From positions 162 to 64,161 of the forward strand of contig CAZGGB010000006.1 in assembly GCA_964525115.1 (NCBI GenBank): 64,000 nt of DNA. The letters are read 5' to 3'. The DNA comes from an uncultured Sangeribacter sp. Its GTDB lineage: Bacteria; Bacteroidota; Bacteroidia; Bacteroidales; Muribaculaceae. How positions within the stretch are numbered: position 1 is the first letter of the stretch; each line of letters opens with the position of its first letter. A program made the translations under genes and the position numbers. The notes under the pieces were generated by a model that was given only the letters and a program-made list of their open reading frames with translations, ran no database searches and was not told where the DNA came from. Positions 29,169 through 40,142 of this stretch are shown here, piece after piece.

Positions 29169-30185
29169 ATGAGTACTACAATTCTTGGTATAGAGTCAAG
29201 TTGCGATGATACTTCAGCGGCAGTAATTTCAGATGGAATACTGCTAAGCAATGTCATTGCCAGTCAGAAAGTCCACGAACAATTTGGTGGTGTAGTTCCG
29301 GAGCTTGCAAGCCGTGCACATCAGCAAAATATTCTCCCCGTAGTCAGCGAAGCGCTTAGGCTCGCAGGAGTGGGGAAAGAAGATCTTGACGCTATTGCAT
29401 TTACTCGAGGTCCGGGACTGCTTGGGTCGCTCTTGGTAGGCACTTCTTTTGCTAAAGGTATGGCTATTGGGCTTGACATACCAATTGTAGATGTCAATCA
29501 TCTTCACGGACACGTGCTCAGTCATTTTATAAAGGAAGAGAAAGAACAAGAAGTGCCTGAATTCCCTTTCTTGTGCCTTCTGATTTCCGGAGGAAATTCT
29601 CAGCTAATCTTAGTGCGGTCTCCGTTTGATATGGAGATGCTCGGTTCTACTATCGATGATGCTGCCGGAGAGGCATTCGATAAATGCGCAAAAGTGATGG
29701 GGCTACCATATCCCGGTGGTCCGCATATTGATCGCCTTGCTGCAGAAGGAAATCCGAATGCCTTTAAGTTTGCAAAACCCCATATTCCAGGTTTTGACTA
29801 TTCTTTCAGCGGACTAAAAACTTCTTTTCTATATACGGTCAGAGATCATTTGAAGATCGATCCTGATTTCATTGAGAATAGAAAAGCTGATCTCGCCGCT
29901 TCCCTTCAGAAGACCATAATTGAGATTCTGATTGAAAAGCTTGATAAGGCTGTAAAGGAAACAAAAGTGACAGCAGTTGCCATTGGAGGCGGAGTATCTG
30001 CTAATTCCGGTGTAAGAACAGCAGTGGAAGATTTTTGCCGACGCCGTAAGATCAAGGCATGGATTCCTAAACGTGCCTTTACCACTGACAATGCTGCGAT
30101 GGTAGCGATAGCCGGATATTATAAATATCAAAAAGGGGATTATTGCCCTCTTGATCTGCCTCCTTACTCAAAAGTTGAAGTTTAA
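29169..30185 (+). CDS. tsaD: tRNA t6A37 threonylcarbamoyltransferase
   Basis: ILGIESSCDDT, GGVVPELASRAH, HLHGH, DDAAGEAFDK, TDNAAM. Confidence 0.97.
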   Translation: MSTTILGIESSCDDTSAAVISDGILLSNVIASQKVHEQFGGVVPELASRAHQQNILPVVSEALRLAGVGKEDLDAIAFTRGPGLLGSLLVGTSFAKGMAIGLDIPIVDVNHLHGHVLSHFIKEEKEQEVPEFPFLCLLISGGNSQLILVRSPFDMEMLGSTIDDAAGEAFDKCAKVMGLPYPGGPHIDRLAAEGNPNAFKFAKPHIPGFDYSFSGLKTSFLYTVRDHLKIDPDFIENRKADLAASLQKTIIEILIEKLDKAVKETKVTAVAIGGGVSANSGVRTAVEDFCRRRKIKAWIPKRAFTTDNAAMVAIAGYYKYQKGDYCPLDLPPYSKVEV

Positions 30186-30204
30186 CTCGGACACTACTAA
30201 GGTT

Positions 30205-30966
30205 ATGAATGAAGTCCCAAATATAGAAAAAAGGCATGTCATTGTGTACGGCTACACAAGCGACGAACTCGAAAGCATCCTGAAGCATTTTGAGAAGCAT
30301 CTACCTGATTATATCAAGATTGCCATTGAAGCAAATCTATTGCTTTCAAAAATTACACTGACAGGCCAATATAATGGCATGGCAATACTGAGTTTTCAAA
30401 TGAATCGTCTTCATCAGAATCTTCGTGATATTTTCACTAAAGATATTATAGCTGATGAAGACAAGACACTTGCAGAAGTGCTTGGATCTTTACTAAAAGA
30501 AAGAGAACTGACAGTCTCATGTGCTGAAAGTTGCACAGGAGGGAACATTGCTCACCGTATCACCCAGCAACCCGGCAGTAGCAATTATTTCCTTGGAAGT
30601 ATTGTAAGTTATGCAAATGATGTAAAGACAAAAGTGCTTGGAGTGCCACAAAAATACATAGATCTTCAGGGTGCAGTAAGTCGTGAGGTAGTTGAAGCTA
30701 TGGCTGAGGGAGCAACTCGACTCATGCGAAGTGATTGCGCCATTTCTACTTCAGGAATAGCAGGTCCTGACGGCGGCACAAAATACAAACCTGTAGGCAC
30801 AGTCTGGATTGGTGCTAAATATGGCAGCAAGCTTGTCAGCGAATGCCGTCATTTCAAGGGCAGTCGCAACGATGTCATAGAGCAAGCCACTGCTCATGGT
30901 ATGGTGATGCTTATCAATCTCCTTCGCGACACTTACGAAGAAGAAGATGACCTTGCTGATGAGTAA
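30205..30966 (+). CDS. CinA/PncC NMN deamidase (KH-like + PncC domain only)
   Basis: AESCTGG, GAVSREV..AMA, STSGIAGPDGG, KPVGTV. Confidence 0.85.
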   Translation: MNEVPNIEKRHVIVYGYTSDELESILKHFEKHLPDYIKIAIEANLLLSKITLTGQYNGMAILSFQMNRLHQNLRDIFTKDIIADEDKTLAEVLGSLLKERELTVSCAESCTGGNIAHRITQQPGSSNYFLGSIVSYANDVKTKVLGVPQKYIDLQGAVSREVVEAMAEGATRLMRSDCAISTSGIAGPDGGTKYKPVGTVWIGAKYGSKLVSECRHFKGSRNDVIEQATAHGMVMLINLLRDTYEEEDDLADE

Positions 30967-31023
30967 AAACTTTAACTTCTTAAAATTACATTTATAATTT
31001 ATCACTCGAATATTTTTCAATAA

Positions 31024-31656
31024 ATGAGCGATTCAATTTCAGACGACTTAAATATCAACCCACAATCAGATTCATTCGAAGATAAGAATGAGCATGTCGT
31101 AAAGAAGCACTATAATCCATTCCTTTTACTTCTTAGGATTCTAATGACAGGCACTGCAGGATGGAAAGATTTGCGGCGTTCACGATTTAAACCGGAACAG
31201 ACAGCTGCCGGGTGTTTCTATCCTCTGATAGCTATTGCATCAGTCTGTCGCTTTTGCGATTGGTTTTATCTTCCGGAATTCAACCTTTCATCCACTCTTG
31301 TGAGTGCAGCTTCTGTTTTTGCATCTTTTTTCTTCAGCTATTTTGCTGTGCAGGTAGTATGCAGATGGGTGTTTCCTTTGCAGGCAAAGTCTAAAACGGA
31401 GACTCAGTTTTTCAAACTTATGGTGCAATATGCGTTATCCAGTCTTGCACTTTTCTGGATTCCGGCAGAACTCCTCCCTATCCTTGAACCTCTTACCGTT
31501 TTTCTTCCAATTTGGACAGCTTTCATAATCACTAAGGGTGTAAGATTTCTCAGGCTACCGGAAAAATATGTCAACCGTTGTATGGTCTCGATTGTTGTCT
31601 CTGTAATTGTGATCCCTTATCTTTTTATGTGGCTAAGTGAAAAAATATTTTTCTAA
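31024..31656 (+). CDS. YIP1-like membrane protein
   Basis: About 5 hydrophobic segments; lies immediately upstream of smpB. Confidence 0.65.
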   Translation: MSDSISDDLNINPQSDSFEDKNEHVVKKHYNPFLLLLRILMTGTAGWKDLRRSRFKPEQTAAGCFYPLIAIASVCRFCDWFYLPEFNLSSTLVSAASVFASFFFSYFAVQVVCRWVFPLQAKSKTETQFFKLMVQYALSSLALFWIPAELLPILEPLTVFLPIWTAFIITKGVRFLRLPEKYVNRCMVSIVVSVIVIPYLFMWLSEKIFF

Positions 31657-31718
31657 AATTATGATCAATAAACAGGCCACGCATAAAACGATTTAACTAA
31701 AGTCAGAAAAATACTTCT

Positions 31719-32171
31719 ATGGAAGCTAAAAATATTAATATAAAAAACAGACGAGCCACTTTTGACTATGAAATAAGTGATACTTATACGGCAGGTATCG
31801 TATTGACTGGCACTGAGATTAAATCAATACGGTCTGGCAAGGCATCACTTACTGATTCATATTGTATTGTCGACAGAGGAGAGGTCTGGGTGAAAGGAAT
31901 GAATATTTCTGAATATTTTTATGGCTCATACAATAACCATGCAGCCCGCCGTGACCGTAAGCTCCTTCTATCAAAAAAAGAAATATCCAAGATTGAAAAG
32001 GCCATTTCAGATCCCGGTTTTACTTTGATTCCTCTTCGAATTTTTATTTCAGAGAGAGGATATGCAAAGCTTGTGGTGGGAGTGGCTCGTGGTAAAAAAC
32101 AATATGACAAACGTCAGTCTATCAAGGAAAGAGAAGATAAGCGTATCCTTGATCGACTTATGAAGAAATAA
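31719..32171 (+). CDS. smpB: SsrA-binding protein
   Basis: [35 protein letters not shown]. Confidence 0.97.
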   Translation: MEAKNINIKNRRATFDYEISDTYTAGIVLTGTEIKSIRSGKASLTDSYCIVDRGEVWVKGMNISEYFYGSYNNHAARRDRKLLLSKKEISKIEKAISDPGFTLIPLRIFISERGYAKLVVGVARGKKQYDKRQSIKEREDKRILDRLMKK

Positions 32172-32188
32172 GATAACGCTAAGCAAAT

Positions 32189-33955
32189 ATGCGATCACTC
32201 GAACTTCTGGCACCTGCAGGCAATCCAGACATCGCTATTGAAGCAATCCTTCATGGCGCAGATGCAGTATATATGGGAGCGTCAAGTCATGGGGCACGAC
32301 GCAATGCGGCAAATTCCATTGACGATATCAAGAAGGTGGTAGATTTTGCCCACATCTTCAGAGTTCGGGTATATGTGACAGTAAATACAATAGTTTACGA
32401 AAAAGAAATCCGCCAAGTAGAACGCCTTATTAATGATCTATATCGTGTCGGAGTAGATGCTATTATTGTGCAAGATATGGGTATATTACGTATGGATATT
32501 CCCCCTATTGAGCTGCATGCAAGCACTCAATGTGATATACGCACTCCGGAGAAAGCACGTTTTCTTCAAGATGTAGGTTTCAGCCAATTAGTCCTTCCCC
32601 GAGAACTAACATTAACGGAAATAAAAAAAATGGCTGAATCTGTAACTGTTCCCTTGGAAGCATTTGTACACGGAGCTTTATGTGTAAGCTATTCCGGCCG
32701 GTGCCACGCAAGCTTTGCAACTTGCGGCAGAAGTGCCAACCGAGGAGAATGCGCACAAATATGCCGTCTTCCTTATACACTTTCTGATTCAAAAGGGAAT
32801 GTAATAAGTAAAAACAAACATCTTCTTTCTCTTAGAGATCTTAATACTATAGATATCCTTCCACAAATTATTGAAGCTGGCATATCAAGTTTCAAGATAG
32901 AAGGGAGACTAAAAGAGACTGCTTACGTAAAGAATACTGTAGCAGCCTACCGACAAGCAATTGATCGCATTATATCTGAAAATCCGGATAATTTCAAGCG
33001 AAGCAGTGTTGGAAATTCAGAAACTACATTTTCACCATCATTATCCAAGTCGTTCAATCGAGGGTTCTCTCATTATTTCATTGATTCCCGTCGGCCCAAG
33101 ACTTTGACATCGCCAGACACGCCTAAATCATTAGGAGAGATAGTCGATGACATCAAAATCCTAAATAATGGCGATGGAATTAGTTTTTTTGATGCAAACG
33201 GAGAATATACGGGAGCAATGGTAAATGGAATACAAGGGAAGCGCATAATAACATCAAAACCAGTTAATATTCCCAAAGGAGCTGAGATACACCGCACTTT
33301 TGATCGCATCTGGGACAAAGAGTTGCAGCGAGCGACTGCAACGCGAAAGATAGATGTCTCTTTCATTATGGATGATTCAGGATTGACTGCACTTGACGAA
33401 AGAGGATGCAAAATTAGGATTCAACTTGATTGCACAAAAGATATAGCAAGAAAGACTCCTGACTTCTCTCCAATATTCGCGAAACTTGGTAACACTTTCT
33501 ATAGACTTAAACAGTTTACCTCTAACATTGACCCATTGGTATTTATTCCGGCAGCAGATCTAACAGAATTACGACGTAAAGCAATTGTGGCTCTTGATAA
33601 TACCAATCTGACGGTCTATCCTTTTCAATATCGGAAAAAAGAGAACTTCTCAGTTAAATATTTTGCTGACAAGCTTGATTATCGCGATAATGTTGCCAAC
33701 AATCTTGCTGAAAAATTCTATAGGGAACATGGAGTGAATGAAATCGAGCCTGCTCTTGAGACATCCGAACCTAAACATAGAAATAAGAAGCAAAGGTTGA
33801 TGACAACACGACACTGCATACTGCGTGAACTTGGCCTTTGCAAAAAGGAAAAGGGACTCGGAAAATATTCCGAACCCCTATCATTAAAATCCGGGAAGAA
33901 TTCCTTCACTCTCGAATTTAATTGTCGTGACTGCGAAATGCATCTTATTGGTTGA
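32189..33955 (+). CDS. Peptidase U32 family protein with C-terminal extension (RlhA-like rRNA hydroxylase)
   Basis: ELLAPAG, HASTQ, HGALCVSYSGRC...NRGECAQICR, KIEGR. Confidence 0.85.
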   Translation: MRSLELLAPAGNPDIAIEAILHGADAVYMGASSHGARRNAANSIDDIKKVVDFAHIFRVRVYVTVNTIVYEKEIRQVERLINDLYRVGVDAIIVQDMGILRMDIPPIELHASTQCDIRTPEKARFLQDVGFSQLVLPRELTLTEIKKMAESVTVPLEAFVHGALCVSYSGRCHASFATCGRSANRGECAQICRLPYTLSDSKGNVISKNKHLLSLRDLNTIDILPQIIEAGISSFKIEGRLKETAYVKNTVAAYRQAIDRIISENPDNFKRSSVGNSETTFSPSLSKSFNRGFSHYFIDSRRPKTLTSPDTPKSLGEIVDDIKILNNGDGISFFDANGEYTGAMVNGIQGKRIITSKPVNIPKGAEIHRTFDRIWDKELQRATATRKIDVSFIMDDSGLTALDERGCKIRIQLDCTKDIARKTPDFSPIFAKLGNTFYRLKQFTSNIDPLVFIPAADLTELRRKAIVALDNTNLTVYPFQYRKKENFSVKYFADKLDYRDNVANNLAEKFYREHGVNEIEPALETSEPKHRNKKQRLMTTRHCILRELGLCKKEKGLGKYSEPLSLKSGKNSFTLEFNCRDCEMHLIG

Positions 33956-34358
33956 TTACATTTGATGCAACATCCAAAATACTATCGGAATCAGAGATTG
34001 AATCAAGTTCTACCACAGGATAAAGGATGTCGTGAATCCTTCCGTCTCTCGCTTGTATATATTCAAGCATTAATGAATGAATGGTGTCGTTCTGTCCCTC
34101 AGTAAGTAGAAGATCCGTATCAGGAGGATAACTGAAACTTATTTTATCAAGTTTTTCCTCAAACTCATTGCATAGTAAAGCCCATGCAGCGCTATCGGGA
34201 GAATCGGTCAATCTATCTGTATATTCTTTTGTCAGCTTACATATCTTTCCAAACATCTCCGTTGCTTCACTACGGTCCTTGATATTTTTTTCTGGTTTAC
34301 AACCCCAAAAGCATACTAAAAACATGCTTATTAATGCTATGACAGGTAACTTTTTCAT
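33945..34358 (-). CDS. Hypothetical lipoprotein
   Basis: Lipoprotein signal (FWGC); ATGA overlap with the uvrA stop. Confidence 0.7.
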   Translation of the reverse strand: MKKLPVIALISMFLVCFWGCKPEKNIKDRSEATEMFGKICKLTKEYTDRLTDSPDSAAWALLCNEFEEKLDKISFSYPPDTDLLLTEGQNDTIHSLMLEYIQARDGRIHDILYPVVELDSISDSDSILDVASNVINQ

Positions 34359-37174
34359 TTTTTTTCAAGTTTTGCTTTCAGGTATTTTCCAGTATAAGAT
34401 TTTTCACAATAAGCCACATCTTCAGGAGTGCCAGCTATCACAAGATTTCCACCTGCCTCTCCCCCTTCGGGCCCTATATCTATCACCCAGTCTGCGCTTT
34501 TGATCACATCCATATTGTGTTCGATTATCACAACTGTATGACCCGACTCTATCAGACGATTGAGAGATTTAAGCAATGTGGAGATATCATGAAAGTGGAG
34601 TCCTGTAGTGGGTTCATCAAATATGAACATTGTGCGTGGTTGTTTTTCCTGAGAGATAAAATATGCAAGTTTTACTCTCTGACTCTCACCGCCAGAAAGA
34701 GATGAACTACTCTGCCCAAGTTTCACGTAGCCAAGACCTACTTCCTGAAGAGGAAGCAGCTTCTTTATAATTTTCTTTACCTGACTATTTTTTCCATCCT
34801 CTTTTAAGAATGCAATACATTCATCTACAGTCATTTCGAGAAAGTCATATATATTCTTACCACGATATTCCACATCAAGAACATCTTGCTTGAAGCGTTT
34901 GCCATGGCATTCTTCACATTCCACAGTTATGTCTGCCATAAATTGCATAGGAATGGTAATGGTTCCTTCACCCTTGCATTCCTCACATCGACCTCCTTCT
35001 GCATTAAATGAGAAGAAACCGGGAGTAAAGCTCATTTGCTTGGCAAGAGGCTGATCTGCAAATAGTTTTCTTATCTCATCAAATGCTTTTAAATATGTAG
35101 CAGGATTCGACCGTGACGATGTCCCAATGGGATTCTGGTCAACAAACTCAATAGCACCCACATCCTTTATATCACCGGATATTTTCTTATGAGCTCCAGG
35201 AGCATCACATGGATCTCCAAGGAGCCTTACCATAGCCTTATACAATATCTCTCTTACCAATGTCGACTTACCGCTACCACTGACCCCTGTCACCACAGTC
35301 ATTATTCCAAGAGGGAATTTAACATCTATTCCTTTAAGATTATTCTCTCTTGCTCCTACTACCTCAACATACTTTTTCCAGGGTCGCCTCAGTTCGGGAA
35401 CAGGAATGCTTCTACGACCGGAAAGATAATCTATGGTGTATGATCCTCCTGAGTTATCACCCTCAAGAGCTTTGCTAAGATTACCTTGGAATATTACATT
35501 TCCACCGTTAAGGCCTGCATCCTTACCAATGTCAACTATCTCATCTGCGGCAAGCATAATATCCTCATCATGTTCCACTACCACTACCGTATTTCCTATC
35601 TTTTGAAGATTTCGCAATACGTCGATCAGTTTTTCAGTGTCCCTTGAATGAAGACCTATGGAAGGCTCATCAAGAATATATAGAGATCCTACGAGTGAAC
35701 TACCAAGTGATGTGGCAAGATTTATGCGTTGGCTCTCTCCCCCTGACAATGAAGAAGAAAGACGATCAAGTGTTAGATATCCAAGGCCAACCTTATTCAT
35801 AAAGTCAAGACGACTTCTTATCTCTATTAAAAGACGTTTGGCTATGGCATAATCATTATCATCCAAAATAAGACTGTCGAAAAATACTTGAAGGTCAGAA
35901 ATTGGCATTCTCACAAGATCTGTGATACTTTTGCCACCAACTTTCACATATTCCGCATCTTTGCGTAATCGGGTCCCATGGCATTCGGGACATGTTGTGC
36001 GTCCACGGTATCTGGCTTTCATGACACGATATTGTATCTTGTACTGATTTTCATCCACCCAACGGAAAAAACCATCGATACCTTCCCATTTTCCTTTACC
36101 ATGCCAAAGGATATCCTTTTCTTCTTGAGACAGATCCATATATGGCTTATGAATAGGAAATCCTATCGTGGGCGCGAGTTTAATGAGCCAATTTTTCCAT
36201 TCGCTCATTTTCTCTCCACGAAAGCACATCACAGCATCCTGATATACTGACAATGTTTTATCCGGCACTACAAGGTCTTCGCTAATACCAAGTATTTTGC
36301 CGAAACCTTCGCATGTAGGACAAGCTCCATATGGATTGTTAAAGTTGAACATCAAATCAGTAGGTTCACGGAATTCTATGCCGTCAGCAGAGAACTGACG
36401 TGAATACTCATGTTCCTTAATCCCGTCTTCTCCCCAAATTTTGACGACACATCGGTCATGACCTTCGAAATAAGCAGTCTCGAGCGAATCTGTCAAACGA
36501 GATACTTCATCCTTATCGCCACTGACTGCTATTCGATCGATCAGAAGCCTATATCCTAATGCTTCATCATCGGAAATGGTACCCTTTTCAAGTCTATCAT
36601 AGACGTCTGAAATATCTTCAAATCGACCATCTTTTTCAAGTCTGGAATATCCTTCCTTTCTGTATATTTCAAGTTGTGTAAGAATATTTCTGCCTTCAGG
36701 AACATTAAGATCAATCAATACTGCAAGTCGCGTTCCTTCCGGAAATGAAAGAATTTGACGAACAATCTCTTCAATTGACTCTCTCTTCACTTCCTCACCT
36801 GTGACAGGAGAATATGTATGACCTACGCGTGCAAATAGCATACGCATATAATCATATATTTCAGTCGACGTACCAACAGTACTTCTGGGATTGCGTGTAT
36901 TGACCTTTTGCTCTATAGCAATAGCAGGAGGCAAGCCCTTGATATAATCACATTCTGGCTTTGCCATCCTCCCAAGAAACTGACGAGCATATGCAGACAG
37001 GCTCTCTACGTAACGGCGTTGCCCCTCAGCATAGAGAGTGTCAAAAGCAAGAGATGACTTGCCGCTGCCACTGACACCTGTCATCACTATAAATTCACCG
37101 ATAGGAAGAGAAAGATCAATATTCTTAAGATTATTGACCCTTGCACCTTTTATTTCAATTTGTCGTTTTCTCAT
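34355..37174 (-). CDS. uvrA: Excinuclease ABC subunit A
   Basis: Two GVSGSGKS Walker A motifs, EGQRRYVESLS, zinc fingers, two LSGGESQR signatures. Confidence 0.96.
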   Translation of the reverse strand: MRKRQIEIKGARVNNLKNIDLSLPIGEFIVMTGVSGSGKSSLAFDTLYAEGQRRYVESLSAYARQFLGRMAKPECDYIKGLPPAIAIEQKVNTRNPRSTVGTSTEIYDYMRMLFARVGHTYSPVTGEEVKRESIEEIVRQILSFPEGTRLAVLIDLNVPEGRNILTQLEIYRKEGYSRLEKDGRFEDISDVYDRLEKGTISDDEALGYRLLIDRIAVSGDKDEVSRLTDSLETAYFEGHDRCVVKIWGEDGIKEHEYSRQFSADGIEFREPTDLMFNFNNPYGACPTCEGFGKILGISEDLVVPDKTLSVYQDAVMCFRGEKMSEWKNWLIKLAPTIGFPIHKPYMDLSQEEKDILWHGKGKWEGIDGFFRWVDENQYKIQYRVMKARYRGRTTCPECHGTRLRKDAEYVKVGGKSITDLVRMPISDLQVFFDSLILDDNDYAIAKRLLIEIRSRLDFMNKVGLGYLTLDRLSSSLSGGESQRINLATSLGSSLVGSLYILDEPSIGLHSRDTEKLIDVLRNLQKIGNTVVVVEHDEDIMLAADEIVDIGKDAGLNGGNVIFQGNLSKALEGDNSGGSYTIDYLSGRRSIPVPELRRPWKKYVEVVGARENNLKGIDVKFPLGIMTVVTGVSGSGKSTLVREILYKAMVRLLGDPCDAPGAHKKISGDIKDVGAIEFVDQNPIGTSSRSNPATYLKAFDEIRKLFADQPLAKQMSFTPGFFSFNAEGGRCEECKGEGTITIPMQFMADITVECEECHGKRFKQDVLDVEYRGKNIYDFLEMTVDECIAFLKEDGKNSQVKKIIKKLLPLQEVGLGYVKLGQSSSSLSGGESQRVKLAYFISQEKQPRTMFIFDEPTTGLHFHDISTLLKSLNRLIESGHTVVIIEHNMDVIKSADWVIDIGPEGGEAGGNLVIAGTPEDVAYCEKSYTGKYLKAKLEKK

Positions 37175-37190
37175 AACATTTCAATACAGC

Positions 37191-37226
37191 AAATACCGCG
37201 CCAAAATCTGATAAGCGCGGTATTTT
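37191..37226. terminator. Hairpin between hslR and uvrA
   Basis: AAATACCGCGC...GCGCGGTATTT. Confidence 0.55.
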
Positions 37227-37244
37227 CATTATAGAATTTGAAAT

Positions 37245-37676
37245 TTATTCTTCAAAATCGTCATCGTCATCATCTTCCCAATCAAGAAAATATGTATCTG
37301 CATATGAATCTTCCTTAAATCTTGACATCTCACGGCTATCTCGCTTAGTAGGACGACCAAGCCCCTTTCTACGATCAACGAAACCCGAAATGCGAGTCAT
37401 CTCAAGCAAATCATATTGACTTTGAGGAGTGATATTTTCAAGATAATCAGGTACAAGTTTCGCCCCGAGCCTATTCTGAGTTGTGGCTTTAACCCTGAAA
37501 GTATATGTGATAGGAGGTTTCCTAACCTCTATTATATCTCCTTCTTTAATTGGTCGCGATGGTTTTACGGGAACTCCCCCCATCATAACTCTTCCTTTTT
37601 TACAAGCTTCTGTAGCTATGGTACGGGTCTTGAATACTCTCATAGCCCATAGCCATTTGTCGATTCTTACTTCCAT
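37245..37676 (-). CDS. hslR: Ribosome-associated heat shock protein Hsp15 (S4 domain)
   Basis: RIDKWLW..R.FKTR..A, GRPTKRD; acidic tail. Confidence 0.9.
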   Translation of the reverse strand: MEVRIDKWLWAMRVFKTRTIATEACKKGRVMMGGVPVKPSRPIKEGDIIEVRKPPITYTFRVKATTQNRLGAKLVPDYLENITPQSQYDLLEMTRISGFVDRRKGLGRPTKRDSREMSRFKEDSYADTYFLDWEDDDDDDFEE

Positions 37677-37691
37677 ATCCTGTTATGTAGA

Positions 37692-38675
37692 TCAATCTTC
37701 AATTGGCGATGTCTTGCGAAGCAACATCACTTGCTTACCATTGCTTCCTATAAATTCGATCTCATCAGCACTGATTTTATTTGCTGTCACTGCTTCTTCG
37801 AGAGCCATAGTCATACGTGTCTCCCATCCGGAATTAGGACAAGCCATACGAGTCATGGCTATCTTTGAGAAAGAAATGGAATTTGCTGCATCCATATCGG
37901 TCTCAAGCTCTCCATTGATTATGTTGCACCCCGTGTTGCCATGCATCTTTTTCTCGTCAACATCAAGTGCTACTTTCATTCCTTCTATATTGACTTTCTC
38001 TCCATCAATATCAATCACAGCCCAAGTTCCATCAAGGAAGTGAAAGTCTCTATGCATAAGCTCCATAACTTCTCGTCCACCAGCATCGAAAAATCTAAGG
38101 ATGCTCTCGGAATCTTTACCTTCTTCTATAGTATAGCGCACCGTCAGCCCCAAAGCTTCTCCTATTTCAGTATCTGTGATATTACTCTGGGCACACAACA
38201 TCATAGTCGTGGCAAGATGAGAAAAAGATATTGTCTTGTCTACATCGCTTGTGCTATAACTTCCGTTTATTATATTACATCCGTTATTGCCATAAATTCT
38301 ATTTTCTGCCGGCACAAATTTAATAAATGGAGAAGTTTCCCCAACTGCCTTTTTGCCAAGAACATTTTCAATTGCCCAGTCTCCTGAAATAGCTCCGTCC
38401 TTCTGAACGTCAGCAACGTGCTGAAGCTTTTCGTCAACTTTAGCCATAGCTCTTTCAGCCTCCGACTTTGCAGCCTTAGCTTCTTTTTCAGCTTCTGCTT
38501 TAGCTTCTTTTGAATCTTTCTGTGCTTCCATTTTTTCTGTTTCTATCCAGCCTTGTAGGCCCTTACCACTACCCTCAGGGTTTGAGGATGGCTTGAAAAT
38601 GGAACAGCTTGTAGCACTAAAAGCCAAAGCCAACCCCATTATACCAATCATTAATGCGTTATTTCTATTTTTCAT
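37692..38675 (-). CDS. Tandem META-domain lipoprotein
   Basis: Lipoprotein signal (ATSC), two GxxGCN...T.MxC repeats; TAACTTTG at 38693-38700 favours ATG 38675. Confidence 0.85.
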   Translation of the reverse strand: MKNRNNALMIGIMGLALAFSATSCSIFKPSSNPEGSGKGLQGWIETEKMEAQKDSKEAKAEAEKEAKAAKSEAERAMAKVDEKLQHVADVQKDGAISGDWAIENVLGKKAVGETSPFIKFVPAENRIYGNNGCNIINGSYSTSDVDKTISFSHLATTMMLCAQSNITDTEIGEALGLTVRYTIEEGKDSESILRFFDAGGREVMELMHRDFHFLDGTWAVIDIDGEKVNIEGMKVALDVDEKKMHGNTGCNIINGELETDMDAANSISFSKIAMTRMACPNSGWETRMTMALEEAVTANKISADEIEFIGSNGKQVMLLRKTSPIED

Positions 38676-38781
38676 TGTTTTCAGATTTTTTGCAAAGTTA
38701 ACTATAAATCCCCAAATTTCCAATATTCATATTATATTGACAATACTCTTATCCATCACAATAACAAAGGAAATATCATCG

Positions 38782-40053
38782 TCAATCTCCCCAATGCTTT
38801 CGAAGTGGGAATTTGACAGGCCTCATAAGCAAACGAAGAGATGTAGAGTACGTACAATAGTTCCATATCCAGTTGAGTAAGACTGTAGCTTTAGTTCTGA
38901 CTCCAAGGATACTAATCAAATGGATAGCCATCCATAGCCACCAGGCAAATCGTCCGGAAAATGTCATCTTTCCTATCTGGGCTATCGCCTTATTTCTTCC
39001 TATCGTAGCCATTGTGCCCTTGTCATTATACTTGAATGCCTTTATCATCTCGCCTTTATTGAGATTGGAAGCTAAATTTTTGGCTTGCTGTATAGCAGGT
39101 TGTGCCACCTGTGGATGTCCATTGGGATATTTTTCAGTCTGCATCAAAGCTATATCGCCGATTGCGAAGACATCAATAGCTCCTTTTACACGATTGTACT
39201 CATCGACAATAATACGTCCCCCCCTCCCAATCATTTCCTGTGGGATACCTGGCATTGGTTCCCCCTTAACTCCGGCAGTCCAAATCAGTGTTTCCCAATA
39301 CTCCTGATGTCCATCTGCGAAAGAAACCATCTTATCTTCATATCCTTTCATCACAGTATTAAGTCGGATATCGACCATTAATTGGCTCAGATAGACATAT
39401 GCTTTCTGACTAAGTTTCGGATCGAATGCCGACAATAAGCGGTCAGCTCCTTCCACAAGTGTGATCGTCATATCGTCAGGGTCAAGTTCGGGGTACTCTC
39501 TCGGTAGCACATCACGCTTCATTTCTCCAAGTGCACCTGCAATTTCCACACCTGCCGGGCCACCTCCAATCACGAGAAAACTAAGCAGCTGCTTTCTTCG
39601 CTCCGAATCTTTTTCCATACATCCACGTTCAAGACGATCAAGAATTTCATCACGCGTATGGCTTGCCTCACCCGATGTCTTTATTCCGAACACGCTTTCT
39701 TCAAGACCTTTCATTCCGAAATAATTATTGGTGGAGCCAGCAGCTATGACAAGTTTGTCGTATTTCAAAGTTTCATAGCTGGTTGTCACTGTTTTTAATG
39801 ACAAATCAATATTTTTGACATGACCCATATGATATGTGACATCACCTTTTATCTTCTTAAATTCTCTTCTAAATGGGAAAGATATACTCGGCACATCAAG
39901 TGCAGATGAAGCAATCTGATAGAAAAGTGGAGGAAAAGAATGATAATTATTTCGGTCTATTACCTTAATATCAAATTTCTTCCTATCAAGACTCTTTGCA
40001 ATATTCATCCCTGCAAATCCGCCTCCTATTATCACTACTGTCTGTTTATCCAT
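38782..40053 (-). CDS. ndh: Type II NADH dehydrogenase
   Basis: GGGFAG, GGGPAGVEIAG, WTAG, AQPAIQQ, KGTMATIG. Confidence 0.9.
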   Translation of the reverse strand: MDKQTVVIIGGGFAGMNIAKSLDRKKFDIKVIDRNNYHSFPPLFYQIASSALDVPSISFPFRREFKKIKGDVTYHMGHVKNIDLSLKTVTTSYETLKYDKLVIAAGSTNNYFGMKGLEESVFGIKTSGEASHTRDEILDRLERGCMEKDSERRKQLLSFLVIGGGPAGVEIAGALGEMKRDVLPREYPELDPDDMTITLVEGADRLLSAFDPKLSQKAYVYLSQLMVDIRLNTVMKGYEDKMVSFADGHQEYWETLIWTAGVKGEPMPGIPQEMIGRGGRIIVDEYNRVKGAIDVFAIGDIALMQTEKYPNGHPQVAQPAIQQAKNLASNLNKGEMIKAFKYNDKGTMATIGRNKAIAQIGKMTFSGRFAWWLWMAIHLISILGVRTKATVLLNWIWNYCTYSTSLRLLMRPVKFPLRKHWGD

Positions 40054-40082
40054 AATATTTTAAATAGAATGTTTCTTGAATT

Positions 40083-40110
40083 ACAACATTTTCGACACTA
40101 ATCAGGTTTG
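40083..40110 (-). promoter_or_regulatory. ECF-type promoter CAAAC-N17-TGTTGT upstream of ndh
   Basis: Same architecture as 2874 and 7637; about 30 nt from the ATG. Confidence 0.5.
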
Positions 40111-40142
40111 CAAATTCAAAAAAAACTTGTTAACTTTGCCGT

